NCBI RefSeq assembly: GCF_006345805.1
Contig: NC_042999.1
Span: forward strand, 67,146,001 to 67,210,000
Reading direction: 5' to 3'
Source: Octopus sinensis
Lineage: Eukaryota
Length of the DNA stretch: 64,000 nt
Shown here: piece after piece, positions 1 to 12,234 of the stretch
Layout of the letters: each line of letters begins with the position of its first letter
Position numbering within the stretch: the first letter of the stretch is position 1
Translations under genes and position numbers: made by a program
Notes under the pieces: generated by a model
What the model saw: only the letters and a program-made list of their open reading frames with translations
The model's database searches: none
What the model was told of the DNA's origin: nothing

Positions 1-39
1 ACCCATATATCAACATAACAAGCTTCCAGTTTTGTTTAC

Positions 40-120
<81 letters not shown>

Positions 121-121
<1 letters not shown>

Positions 122-465
122 CATCATCATCATCATCATAGTTTAACGTCCATTTTCCATGCTAGCATAGGTTGGACGGTTTGACCCGGGTCTGGGAAGG
201 CAGGAGGCTGCACCAGGTTCCAATCTTGATCTGGCAGAGTTTCTACAGCTGGATGCCCTTCCTAACGCCAACCACTCCGTGAGTGTAGTGGGTGCTTTTT
301 ACGTGCCACCGGCACGGAAGCCACGTACAGATAGTGCTTTTTACGTGCCAGGGTAGGCTGGCAATAGCCACGATTGGTTGGTGCTTTGTACATGCCACCG
401 GCATGGAAGCCAGTCAAGGTGGCGCTGGCATCGGCCATGTACAGATGGTGCTTTTTAGGTGCCAT
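121..465 (-). repeat. repeat family C (RTE LINE 3' UTR), representative copy
   Basis: GTGGTTGGCGTTAGGAAGGGCATCCAGCTGTAG...CCATGCTAGCATGG..(GAT)n with internal ~60-bp tandem units; further copies near 975, 13400, 17735, 23545, 24720, 33060, 34250, 36115, 40280, 48080, 49385, 50735, 55720, 57155, 60185, 61295. Confidence 0.85.
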
Positions 466-2570
466 ATATATATAATACACACACACACACATACATACAC
501 ATCTATGTGTGTGTGTATGTGTAGTTATATTTTGGGATGGTCATTTTTTTTTTGCCAAATAAACACTTCATTTGTTTATTATTGTTCTTATTTTATGTCC
601 ATTATCTTTTGTCACACGTCCTATGACCTCTTCAGCTACTCTCCACCCACGTGTTTCTTGTAAGCATTTGTGCCTAGTGTCTGGCCTGAAGATATCTTCC
701 TTCTTTCAGCCCACCTGTTTGGGAGGCCCTGAAAAGGGCCATTGGTATTTCTCTGACTGAGGTGGATCCCTGTTGTTTAATGATAAGGATTCAGTTGTTT
801 GATATACTGAATTAACGTATAAGTGGCTGAGTATTCCACAGACATGTGTACCCTTGAAATAGATGTATGGCTGAATCAGCTTGGCATAGTGTATGACGAG
901 GCTGTAACTTTTTAGTTATAGATGCCATTCCACCTGATTGTACCTATACATTTTCCATCTACCCAATTTCACTCACCATTCGAGCGTGATCGTTGCCAGA
1001 GCGGCTATCCGGCCTCCATGCCTGTGGCACATAAAAGACACCATTCAAGCGCGATCGTTACTAGCATCGCCTTACTGGTACCTGTGCCGGTGGCATGTGT
1101 AAAAGATTCAAGCGAGGTCATTGCCAGTGCTGCCTGACTGGCCCCGTGCCATTGGCACATAAAAGCACCTGCTACACTCTCGGAGTGGTTGGTGTTAAGA
1201 AGGGCATCCAGCTGTAGAAACTCTGCCAGATCAAGATTGAAGCCTGGTGCAGCCATCTGGTTTGCCAGCCCTCAGTCATATGTCCAACCCATGCTAGCAT
1301 GGAAAACGGATGTTAAACGATGTTGATGATGAACGTATGAATTGGCCCAATATGTAATACTGTAGAATCAAACCCACTTCATGGTTGTGAAACAAACTTC
1401 TTAGCCATTTGGCCAAACTCCTTTAAGACATACAAAATCAAAAAAAAAAAAAAATATCTTAGAAGTGTTATAACCAGAGTTAATCAGATACCATATTCAC
1501 ACTCAATTCTTGGCATTAGTTCTCTGTAACTCATTGCAATAATTGTTTCCTGATGATCTGTTCTGGTGAAGCATCCACATACACTTGAAACACCCAGTGC
1601 CTGGTTCCAAGTAACCAGAATGGTGAAATGTACATAGGAACTGATAATACAAGCTTGTGCTTATCTTAATTTCTCCTGAGTATTAACTAAGCACTTGGTG
1701 ATCACATCATCTAAATCTCAAAGCTACAAGATAATTCATGATTAATCCAAAACAATGTGAATAAATAAGCATTAGATTTGGCAGAATAATCTGAATGGTA
1801 AAGAGTTACAGGAGGTGGTTTGGCTGGATCATTTGAGCATTGCGAAACATGGCAATAAAATAAAATTATCAGAGAATTAGTGGGGTTGATTTAATAAATT
1901 ATACTCTACTCCTCCCTCCAAATTCATGGCGTTTTTCTAATGTGGGAAAGTTGTACATGTTATTGTCAATAATCAAACAGTTACCGATATTATTTTCAAA
2001 GATAATCGGGTTGTCACCATAGCTATGTATAAACATTGTCACTAAAGTAAGCTAATTAGACAACCAGGAGAAAGTTTTGAGTTGACCCTTGACTATAGAG
2101 TGAGCACTAATGATGAGTGATTAGTCATACCAGTCTTGTGTGTATGAGCCAATTGAGGAGTCTCTATTTTACACAATCTGTTAGAAATAACACTCAGTTC
2201 TCCCTCAAATCACAATCTGTTCTCTTTGAAGAAAGGTATATTGGGTATAGAAGGCCTATAGAGAACAATACGGTCAAATGTGTTCTTATTTTTATGTAAT
2301 GAAGATCTTTGGTTGCTATTTCTAGCAGATCTTGCTTCTCTGCTTATTTGCTAACACCAAAGAGCAGTAGTATTCTTTTATTCATTTATTGTTTTACTTG
2401 TTTCAGTCATTGAGACCAATAGCCATGCTGGAGCACTATCTTGAAGTGTTAACCAGTTGATCCCAGTATTTATTTTTCAGTTTGGTGTTAATTCTATTGA
2501 TCACTCATTGCTGAACTGCTAAGTTATTGCTACTTAAACAATCCAATACATAAAGTGGTGAGAAAGGCAA

Positions 2571-2608
<38 letters not shown>

Positions 2609-4422
2609 CACACACACACACGTGCATATACATAAATACATTATGTGTACACATAATGTGCCACATGTGGAATTAGTGTGACACTGTTTGTGACAAGGCT
2701 GGACCTCTCACCCTTTAGCATTTAAACTGGCCATATCCGGTCTAAATATTCTTTCTGTTTTACATTCAAGCTGACCAGATCCAACCTCTCTCACTTACCC
2801 TTCAATGTTATTCTAAAAATAGGCAATCATATCATTGAAATCTCAAAGCTATGAGACTATACATGAGTAATTGAAAATAATGTGAATGTATAGGCGTAGG
2901 TGTCGCTGTGTGGTAAGAAGCCTACTTTCCAACACCTGGTTCCTCATTCAGCCCTACTGTGTGGCGCCTCGAACAAGTGCCTTCTATAATCTCAGGTCAA
3001 CCAAAGCCTTGTGAGTGGATTTTGTAGGCAGAAACTGAAAGAAGCCCTTTGTATATATTTATGTGTGTGTGTGTGTGTGTTGTTTGTTGTTTGTAAGCCT
3101 AGTACTTATTCTATCTGTCTCTTTTGCTGAACCGCTAAGTTATGGGGACGTAAACACAACATCAGTTGTCAAGCAATGGGGGGGGGGCAAACACACGCAC
3201 AAATATACACACACACACATATAGATATATATATATACAACAAGCTTCTTTCAGTTTCTGCCTACCAAAGCACTTAAGGCTTTATATATATATATATACT
3301 CATATACACAAACATATCCCTCTACACAAACATCTATGAACCCATAACTTTCACACACATACCTGCAAACCAGGTCATATGTTAGCACACAGGTACCTGT
3401 GTGTACATGGATGCAGTCTCACAAATACATACATACATGCATTTAAACATTAAAATAATCATCCATGCAATCATGCATGCATGTGCACCCCAAATCATGG
3501 ATACATGCAGACACTTAAAATATACACCTTCATCTATGAACATGGATACCCCCTTACACATGCACTCACACGCATGCTGTCATACATATATACATTTATG
3601 TGCATACTAACTCATATACACACTCAAACTTGCATACATACATGCATGCACAGCTGTGTGGTAAGAAGCTTGCTTCCCAACCACATGCTTCTGGGTTCAG
3701 TCCTGTTGCATGGCACCTTGGTTGAGTGTCTTCTACTATAACCCCAGGCCAACCAAAACCTTGTGAGTAGATTTGGTAGATGAAAACTGAAGGAAGCCCG
3801 TCATGTGTGCGTTTGTCACCACCACCAAGACTTGACAACCGCTGCTGGTGTGTTTATGTCCCCATAACTTAGCAAAAGAGACCGATAGAATAAATACTAG
3901 ACTTACAAAGAATAAATCTTGGGGTTGATTTCTTCGAGTAAAACCCTTTAAGGCAGTGCACCAGCATGGCCACAGTCAATTGACAGAAACAAGTAAAAAA
4001 AAAAAATTATATTCATACATCAACTCATATATATTCATATATATATATATATATATATATTCACATACGTACACAATTTTCTTTATTAAGGGACAAGACT
4101 CTTGATAGGGACAGCAGTGTATGGATTTAATATTTAGTCTTAAGATGCTTGACTTCCTTTCTCTTCCGCAATTTCTTTATTTCCCCTTCCTATTTTCATC
4201 CATTTATTTTTCTCCACCCATCAGTTACTTCCTTACCTTTAAATTCTTCAACAACCTTCACTCTCTGCATCGTGTGTGTATACGGTATATATATATATAT
4301 ATAATATATATATATATATATTATATATATATAGAAAATAATAAATATTAGGGAATAAATCCAAATTTACAGGGAGAAAAATCAGATTTAGGATTAAATC
4401 CAATTTTATAGTAAAATATTAT

Positions 4423-4706
4423 AAATATTATTAGAGACAAAACCACTATTTTGCAAAACAAACAAGGAAAGACTTAATCAATACATAAAATTTTAATAAA
4501 TAGTCAAAAAACCGCCACTACAATTGTTTCTTGTCTTGATCGACAATCTTCAGGTGGACTTATTGGAAGTCCACCTGAAGATTGTCGATCAAGACAAGAA
4601 ACAATTGTAGTGGCGGTTATTTTGACTATTTATTAAAATTTTATGTATTGATTAAGTCTTTCCTTGTTTGTTTTGCAAAATAGTGGTTTTGTCTCTAATA
4701 ATATTT
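4423..4706. repeat. near-perfect inverted repeat (~140-bp arms, 5-nt loop), Penelope-like inverted terminal structure
   Basis: 4423-4561 is the reverse complement of 4567-4706 with loop ATTGG; flanked by (TA)n. Confidence 0.9.
4571..4613 (+). ncRNA. minimal type I hammerhead ribozyme motif (Penelope-like)
   Basis: CCAC-CTGAAGA-TTGTC(gatcaa)GACAA-GAAAC(aatt)GTA-GTGG: intact core, stems I-III, GUA cleavage triplet; mirror copy on the minus strand at 4515-4557. Confidence 0.85.
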
Positions 4707-4737
<31 letters not shown>

Positions 4738-6042
4738 AAATGTATGTATGTATATAATAGCTTTCTTGGTGACTAATCATCTTACTGCAGTAAATTCGCT
4801 GTAACTTACCAGTAGCAATTTCCTGTTGGTTAGCTCTGGTGTAGATTCCATTACTGGCAACAACAGCATTAATAATAATAATGATGATGATAATAATAAT
4901 AATAATAATAATGATTTCTAATTTTGGCACAAGGCCACAAATTTGAAGAGAAAGATGTATAACCAACGGAATCAATACCGTACTTAAATAACAAGAACAA
5001 TAATACTGCAGGTATGATTGATGTGGTTAAGAAGTTCATTTTGGAATCAAGTAGTTCCTAGATTCTATCTTATTGTTTGGTACTCTCTTTCAGTTGCCTT
5101 CTACTTCAGCCTCTGGTCGACCAAAGCTTTATAAGTAAAATTTGGCAGGTGGAAACTATACAGAAGCTTGTTGTATATATATTGTTTATTTACTCATTCA
5201 TTTTGCATCCATTTTTCTAAGCTAGTTTCTGTGTATTAGAACGAGAAGATTAGGTGCAGCTGTTTTGGATGCTAACAATTTGGCACAGCTGACTCCACGT
5301 TTGACCTGTTCTGGTGATAGTACTTTTTGGCTCTGAAGGTAAACGCACATACACACACACTCATGCTCACTCGCACATGTGTAGAAGCGTACACGCACAG
5401 ATAATGAGTGAGGGAGAGAGACTTTACGCAAACAAACATAACTAGATGCTCACAAAACTGAACAGAAAACTGAAAGAATGAGAAAAATATTAAAATGTTT
5501 GATGTCAAGTCAGCTTCAAATCAGCAATGGCAACTAGGCAGTGCCAAAATGCCCCATACAATATATATATAAATATTACCTAGGCGTAGGAGTGGCTGTG
5601 TGGTAAGTAGCTTGTTTATGAACCACATAGTTCAAGGTTCAATCCCACTGCGTGGCACCTTGGGCAAGTGTCTTCTACTATAGCCTCAGGCCGCCCAAAG
5701 CCTTGTGACTGGATTTGGAAGATGGAAGCTGAAAGAAACCCGTTGTATATATGTATATATATATATATGTTTGTGTGTCTGTGTTTGTCCCCCCAACATC
5801 ACTTGACACCCAATGTTGGTGTGTTTACGACCTCGTAACTTAGCGTCCTCTGCAGCATTTGAACACAGAACATAAATCCAGAAGAAATGTCACTAAGCAT
5901 TTTGTCTGATACTGTACTCATTCTGCCAGTTTGCCATTTCAATAATAATAATTGTTTTTAAAATAGGCAGAAGGCCTGGAGAGAGTTTTCCGCGAAGTGA
6001 ACTCCAGCACTTGAATGTTACTTTATTTTATTGACCTTAAAG

Positions 6043-6320
6043 TAGTGGTTCTCAACTAGGGTCCATATAAGATTTTGGGTGGGATCCACACAACAAAATA
6101 CTAAATTGGGAATCTGCAATAGTATTTTAAGGGCCCCTGAAAAAAATTTTGTTTTAGATGTATGTATTGGGAGAAACAACTTGGTTATTTTCTTTAACAT
6201 TTTACATAGTTCAACCTACACAAGTAAATGTGTGAAAAAACATTGAATGGCTATGGGGGTCCACCAGAATAAAATAGTAATCAAAGGGGTCCATAGAAGA
6301 AAAAGGGTTGAGAATCCCTG
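6043..6320. mobile_element. hAT-type MITE inserted into a family B SINE
   Basis: TIRs TAGTGGTTCTCAAC / GTTGAGAATCCCTG; TSD decayed (CCTTAAAG vs CCCTAGAA). Confidence 0.7.
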
Positions 6321-6418
6321 CCCTAGAAGAATGAAAGACATAGGTGACCTCAATAGTGTTTGAACTTAGAACACAAAGAACCAAAGTAATTTCTGCAAAG
6401 TATGTTGTCCAATTTTAA

Positions 6419-7126
6419 TCCTTTAGCATTCTGATTATTTGGTCAAATTTACTACTTATTAATTCACATTGTTTTGAATTAATTGTGCATTATCTCATAG
6501 TTTTGAGATTTCAATGATGCGATTGCTTATTTTAGAAGATTTTGGAAGTATGCTGTGTGAGAAGACCCGGCAGGACAAGTGAGACCATAACCCGTGGCCT
6601 CTAACTGGGATGTAGCCAGTCCATTTATGCATACCTTTCCTTCTTGGGACACAAAACTCTGCTTGCGAAGACCTGTTGAGGCAAGTGGAATCGAAATCGA
6701 TCAAAAATCAATGGAAATTGTAGTTGTGATACCAGTGCTGGTGGCACGTAAAAGAACCATCCGAACGTGGCCGTTGCCAGTGCCACCTTGACTGGCCTCC
6801 ATGCCGGTGGCACGTAAAAAGCACCAACCAATTGTAGCCATTGCCAACCTCGCCTGGGACGTAAAAAGCAGCCACTACTCTCACGGAGTGGTTGGCATTA
6901 GGAAGGGCATCCAGCTGTAGAAACACTGCCAGATCAGACTGGGCCTGGTGCAGCTTACTGGCTTCCCAGACCCCGGTTGAACTGTCCAACCCATGCTAGC
7001 ATGGAAAGCGGACGTTAAACGATGATGATGATTGTAAGGTTGGTGTGAGAGGTCAAATCTGACTGTTTTGTGCATAAAACAGGTAGAATATTTGGGCTGG
7101 ATATGGCTGGTTTAAATGCTACAGGG
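6419..7126. mobile_element. TTAA-flanked MITE interrupted by an RTE-type LINE 3' end (~6535-7032)
   Basis: TTAA|TCCTTTAGCATT ... AATGCTACAGGG|TTAA; the insert starts with a WKYAV/EKTRQDK*-like coding end and finishes in (GAT)n. Confidence 0.7.
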
Positions 7127-7408
7127 TTAATGATTCTGTCACTCCAGATAATAAACAGAAAGGCCACGAAATTGTAGTGTTTGAGTTGACTCTAGCTCAT
7201 GACAAGTACTTCCAGGTTTAACACCTTCTCAGGGTCTTTAGGTGTCTTTCTTGAAGTCCACTCTGATACAAAAATTTAGGTCATAGATTCTGTCTGAGTA
7301 TAACTTCCAAATTACAAACAATTTCGCCAACTTGCCAAATAATAATAGTAATAAATTCTAATGGACATTAAAGAATGACGATGATGTGTAATGCAAGGCT
7401 CCCTCTGA

Positions 7409-7760
7409 CAAGTCATTCTAACGAGACGTCTGCGTTGGCTGAGTCATGCCCTCCGTTGTCAACCAGGAGAATTCATCTACGAAGCAATTGCCCCAGCTCC
7501 CCCTCAGGGTTGGCGAAAGCGATGTGGTGGACAACGTAAGACCTGGCTGATGACAGTCAAGGCATATCAGGAACCCAACCTAGGATCCCATAACTATGCT
7601 GTTCGCCGCTGGAATAGGGAGTGGTTGGAGATCACGCGGTCGTTAGCCTCAAATCGCCAGGTCTGGTCAGCGTGTGTGAGAGATGCGGCATTGAGGATAA
7701 ATGAAGCCAGCTCAACCCACCCCGGGTGAATGCTGTCTCAAGACAAGAAAGAAGACAAGG
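7409..7760 (+). mobile_element. 5'-truncated RTE-clade LINE, C-terminus of the RT ORF and tail
   Basis: RRLRWLSHALR...GWRKRCGGQRKTW...LASNRQVWSACVRD...HPG* (stop 7727-7729), short CAAGA-type tail. Confidence 0.85.
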
Positions 7761-8298
7761 CTACAGATCTTTTTGGGGAAAACACAGTAAAATAAATCAC
7801 CTCCAATCTGTGACTGGTACATCCTATTTTGATTCAGTTTTTCTTGATCTCCATCTGCTTCTTTATTCTTGCCAACTACTGCTATCCAAAATTGAAGTGT
7901 CTATACAAGATTGGTCGATTTGCCTGATAACCCTCAAATTAGAAATAGCAGCCAAATAACCTTCAAATTACGCCCTTCCATCATTTAAAAACATACAGAA
8001 GTTAAAAAATAAACTGAGATATATTAGATACTGAGGTGGTAGATAACACTGTACGAATAAAAGACAGCATGATAACAGCTGGAACATTTTTGATCATAGT
8101 TATGCTGGATCAGGGTGACCTGGGGCTAGAACAATGAGAATAACTGTCAGCCGGCATCACTTTTTGTTAACCAGCACAGCTGTAGAGCAAATACCAGGGA
8201 GATAGGAAAACATCTATTCAGTTTGTTGAAAGTATCTCCTCTAACAATACTTAAATATCCAGTCTAAATGTTCACAAACTATCCCGCCCATTCCTGCA

Positions 8299-8329
<31 letters not shown>

Positions 8330-9038
8330 TAGTCAATAAATATATGATGCCAACTTTTTATTAGTTTAGATCAGGGAAAGTAAAAAGGATGGGTGAGGGG
8401 AAAATCTGTGGCCTTGAAACTGTATATCAGATATTTGAGGGTTGTACAAGCTGCAAACTGCTGTTATGTGTCAGAATTTTTTTTTTTTCATATTTATTTT
8501 AGTGATAATAACATTTAATAATTCTGTATTCATTTAATAATTAGTTGTTATTAATAAATTATACATGTAATTGATGACAAAAAAGTAATGAATAATAAAA
8601 TGTTAAATAATTAATAATTCATTTGATAATACTTATAATGGTTCCCTTTATTTTCTAAATGGGCATACATACTTGTTAAGGAATGTAATAAAATGCATTT
8701 TTAAAAATATATTCTTCCAATTTATTTATTTTTTCATCATCACCATCATCATCATTATTAATAAGGTGGTGAGCGGGCAGAACCGTTAGCACGCTGGACA
8801 AAAGTACTTAGCGGTATTTTGTCCATTGCTACATTCTGAGTTCAAATTTCGCCAAGGTCAACTTAGCCTTTCATCCTTTCAGGGTTGATTAAATAAGTAC
8901 CAGTTATGTACTGGGGTCGATATAATCGACTTAATCCCTTTGTCTGTGTGTTCATTTGACTGTAATTTTACGTGTTCCGTCTGTGTGTCTATGTCTTTAG
9001 GTTTCCATAATTCTGGGTTGTCTTGTTTCTGTTCGTTA

Positions 9039-9954
9039 TTACTTATGTGCTTTTGCATGTCTATGTGTTTGAGTGTCTTCTGGTCTGAATGACTGCACTT
9101 GTAAGTCCTTTACTGATCCTACTGGTAAATCTTCCCCATTTCTTGTCATGGGTTGGGTTTCCTCTTCCGTTGCTTTGTACTTCTTCAATTCCACTGTCGT
9201 CGGTGACTTCCTTCTCTCTCTTATTCTGGCTTTCACCTCCGCAAAGTTCCTGTTGTATTCAATTTTCTGTTTCTGCTGTTTTTCTACCATTATATCCCCC
9301 TGAATACTCTTCTCTACCATTTCCACTGCTGCTCTCGGGCATTTTTTCCTCAAGTGCCCTCTTTCACTTTGGCATCAAAGTTCATTTTTCCCCCTGTATC
9401 ATCCTGTTGGAGATTTTTTCCGCTTCCTCTTCTGATAAAAAACTTACCACTATCGACGCACATCTCTTTCCTCTTTTAAAGAACATTATGCTGTCTCCTA
9501 TTTGTTCTTCCAAGATTTCTTCTATCTCTTCCTATTTCTTTACTACCCACAAGGGGCTAAACACAGAGGGGACAAACAAGGACAAACAGATCAAGCCAAT
9601 TACATTGACCCCAGTGTGCAACTTGCACTTAATTTATCGACCCCGAAAGGATGAAAGGCAAAGTCGACCTCAGCGGAATTTGAACTCAGAACGTAGCGGC
9701 AGACAAAATACGGCTACGCATCTTGCTCTGTGTGCTAACGTTTCTGCCAGCTCGCCACCTTCTGTCTCTTCCTGCGGCACGTGTTCAGTTCTATTTTCAT
9801 TTGAAAATGTTCTAAATATGACCATCTTCTTTTCTATTTTCACTTTTTCCTCCTCTGGCAGGGTCATTTTTATATTTGCCCCTTCTTTCTTTACCATACC
9901 ATAATATTTGTTTATCAACTCGTCATTCCACAGTATCATCTCCATCCTCAGCAC
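9039..9954 (-). pseudogene. decayed gag/ORF1-like retroelement remnant split by a family B SINE
   Basis: purine-rich frames with the half zinc knuckle GHLRKKCP; SINE at 9534-9758 flanked by CTTCT(A/G)TCTCTTCCT. Confidence 0.55.
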
Positions 9955-10580
9955 ATGTGGGTCTAGGGGAACTCAACCTCCAGCAGCCTCTGCATAACTT
10001 CTCATTTTTCTCAGTTATTCACCACCACCAAACAATGGCAGCTTTGCACACAAAAAATTCGGCTAGAGTTCTTCAAAAAACAACAAAAAAAGTGGCTTGC
10101 TAGCTGTTGATGATTATTCGCCTTTGAAGACTTATAGAATTTCAAGTGAAATAAATTCACTGATCTACAAAATTTGAAATATTGCATTTCTAAATCTCTC
10201 AGAGAGACTTATACAGTAGCAGCATGATAAAGTAACGGTTTGTTGCCAACTTAATGTGGCAGTCCCATTACCTTCAATTATTATTTACGATTATTTAAGG
10301 CAAATACAAAACGCAAATTTTTTTCACTTTGATGTTTTAGTCTATATTTAATTTCGATTTGCATATGTTCATCAATTCACTACACTGTCTTTAAAGTAAA
10401 CAAAATCAAAATTTTAAATTGGGGGTGGGGGGTGAAAGTAAAATTAAAAAAATTTTTTTTGCATATTCGTAATCTCCAACATCTGAAATGTAGGAATCTG
10501 AAAAAAAATTTTTTTTTAAATGCATTTTTCAAGGAGAGGTGTGATTCGGCATTAGCCCCGTGATTACAAGTCATTTTATA

Positions 10581-12234
10581 TCTCTTATTATAAAAGGCAG
10601 ATTTTATCTGCCTCCCTTTGTAACTTATAGAAATCTACAATATAGGATTTCTTCAATTACAATTTACCTAGCATTTTTAAGAGTAGAATGCATCGGGTCA
10701 TGCCAGGTCCAGTTTTTAAAATTTAAACTCCAATTAAGCAAAATTTACAGAAAACTCACATTCTGGTGTGTATGTCAAATGCTTTTCTTAATGTGGTTTA
10801 CACCACACGCACACACACACAGTGTGCAACGAATAAAATGAAAGTAAATAGCGACAGAGTGATTTGAGGAAGACTAAACTGAAAGTATTTAAACCACTAC
10901 TCAAAAAATAAAAAAACACAGCAAACAGAAACAAATAAATACATAACGATTTACTCCTCACACAATTTCTTCAATTAGAGTTTACCTAAGATTTTTCAAA
11001 GTACTCCATTCGGTCATGCCATAATATATTTCTTTCAATTTCACCCCAATTAAGACAAAATTCGAGAAAACTCAATATTTTAACATTTCACTCCGAAAGC
11101 ATTGATGTACATGTGTGCATGCGTGAGTGTGTGTGTGTTTGATGGGTTGTGCGACACAGAAAGTGTGGTGTGTAGTGAAGTGCTTTTGTTAGTGTGTGTA
11201 AAGAGACAGAGTGAGTGAAAGACAGAAATAACTGAACTTTTTTTATTCACTTTTTGTAGTGAGTGACTGAGAGAGAAAAGAGAGAGAGAGGTTATGTATG
11301 TATATATGTATGTATGGCTTCAGTGACACACACACACAAAAACACATACCTACGTACACCTAAAGCACGCACACACACACACACACACACAAGCGGAGCG
11401 CGAACTTCAAAATTTTGGTAGTATTAATTTGCGAGCATACTTCTAAGCGCGCGTAATTGAAAGTTTTCACTATGATATCATCACGTGCGAAAAAATTCGA
11501 AGGGTTTTGAACAATTGAGATACACATGTCACGCCTGTATTGAAACCATTGCTAAGCTGCCGTAATTGCTTAATTAAGACTTTGTTTAAATTGAAAGGGG
11601 CAATTATGTGACGAGGTTGAAAAAAAAATACCCCAGAAAAAAAAATGTACTGCTGGTATTTATATAATTCACTACTATTTTGCTACAATGTCATGAAAAA
11701 GAAAAAATTTAGGTATGTAAATCGAATTCGCCACCCCCTTTTCCCCGTTCGCGTTTGTGTAAAAAAAATTATTATTTAAGTTTTAAAAATTATTTACTTT
11801 GTTCAAAAAATATTAATATTAATTAATTTTCAAGAATTATTTAATTTTATTCTGTAAAATAGTAATTAATTCATTTATCTGTAAATCCGCGAGGTTGTTA
11901 CTCAGGCACCTAGAATGGTAACCTTCAACTAACACTATCTCCTCCGAGACCCTGCGGCGCAAGTTGACCAAAATTGAGAGTATGGTAGAAGAAGGCTTGC
12001 TCTTCCTTCCGTAGAACATAAAATTCAAATCGGACCATGTTAACACCAAAAATTATTTACATCAAAAAGATGCTTTTTTCTATGAAAATCCCTATTTTTT
12101 ACGATTTTTTCACTGCTGTGTCGCCACTTTTCGGTGTATTTCGACCAGAAAAATGTTCACAAAATTTTTACTTTTCAAAATTACAATTCCAGCGGGTCGA
12201 AACAAACCCGAGCAACGCCGGGCGATACTGCTAG
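10581..12234 (+). mobile_element. non-autonomous Helitron (family H1)
   Basis: A|TCTCTTATTATAAAAGG 5' end; subterminal hairpin CCCGAGC-AAC-GCCGGG, then CTAG|T. Confidence 0.85.

Noticed and set aside
9089-9904. 271-aa plus-strand ORF
   Set aside because: Antisense shadow of a purine-rich retroelement remnant, and it runs through a SINE
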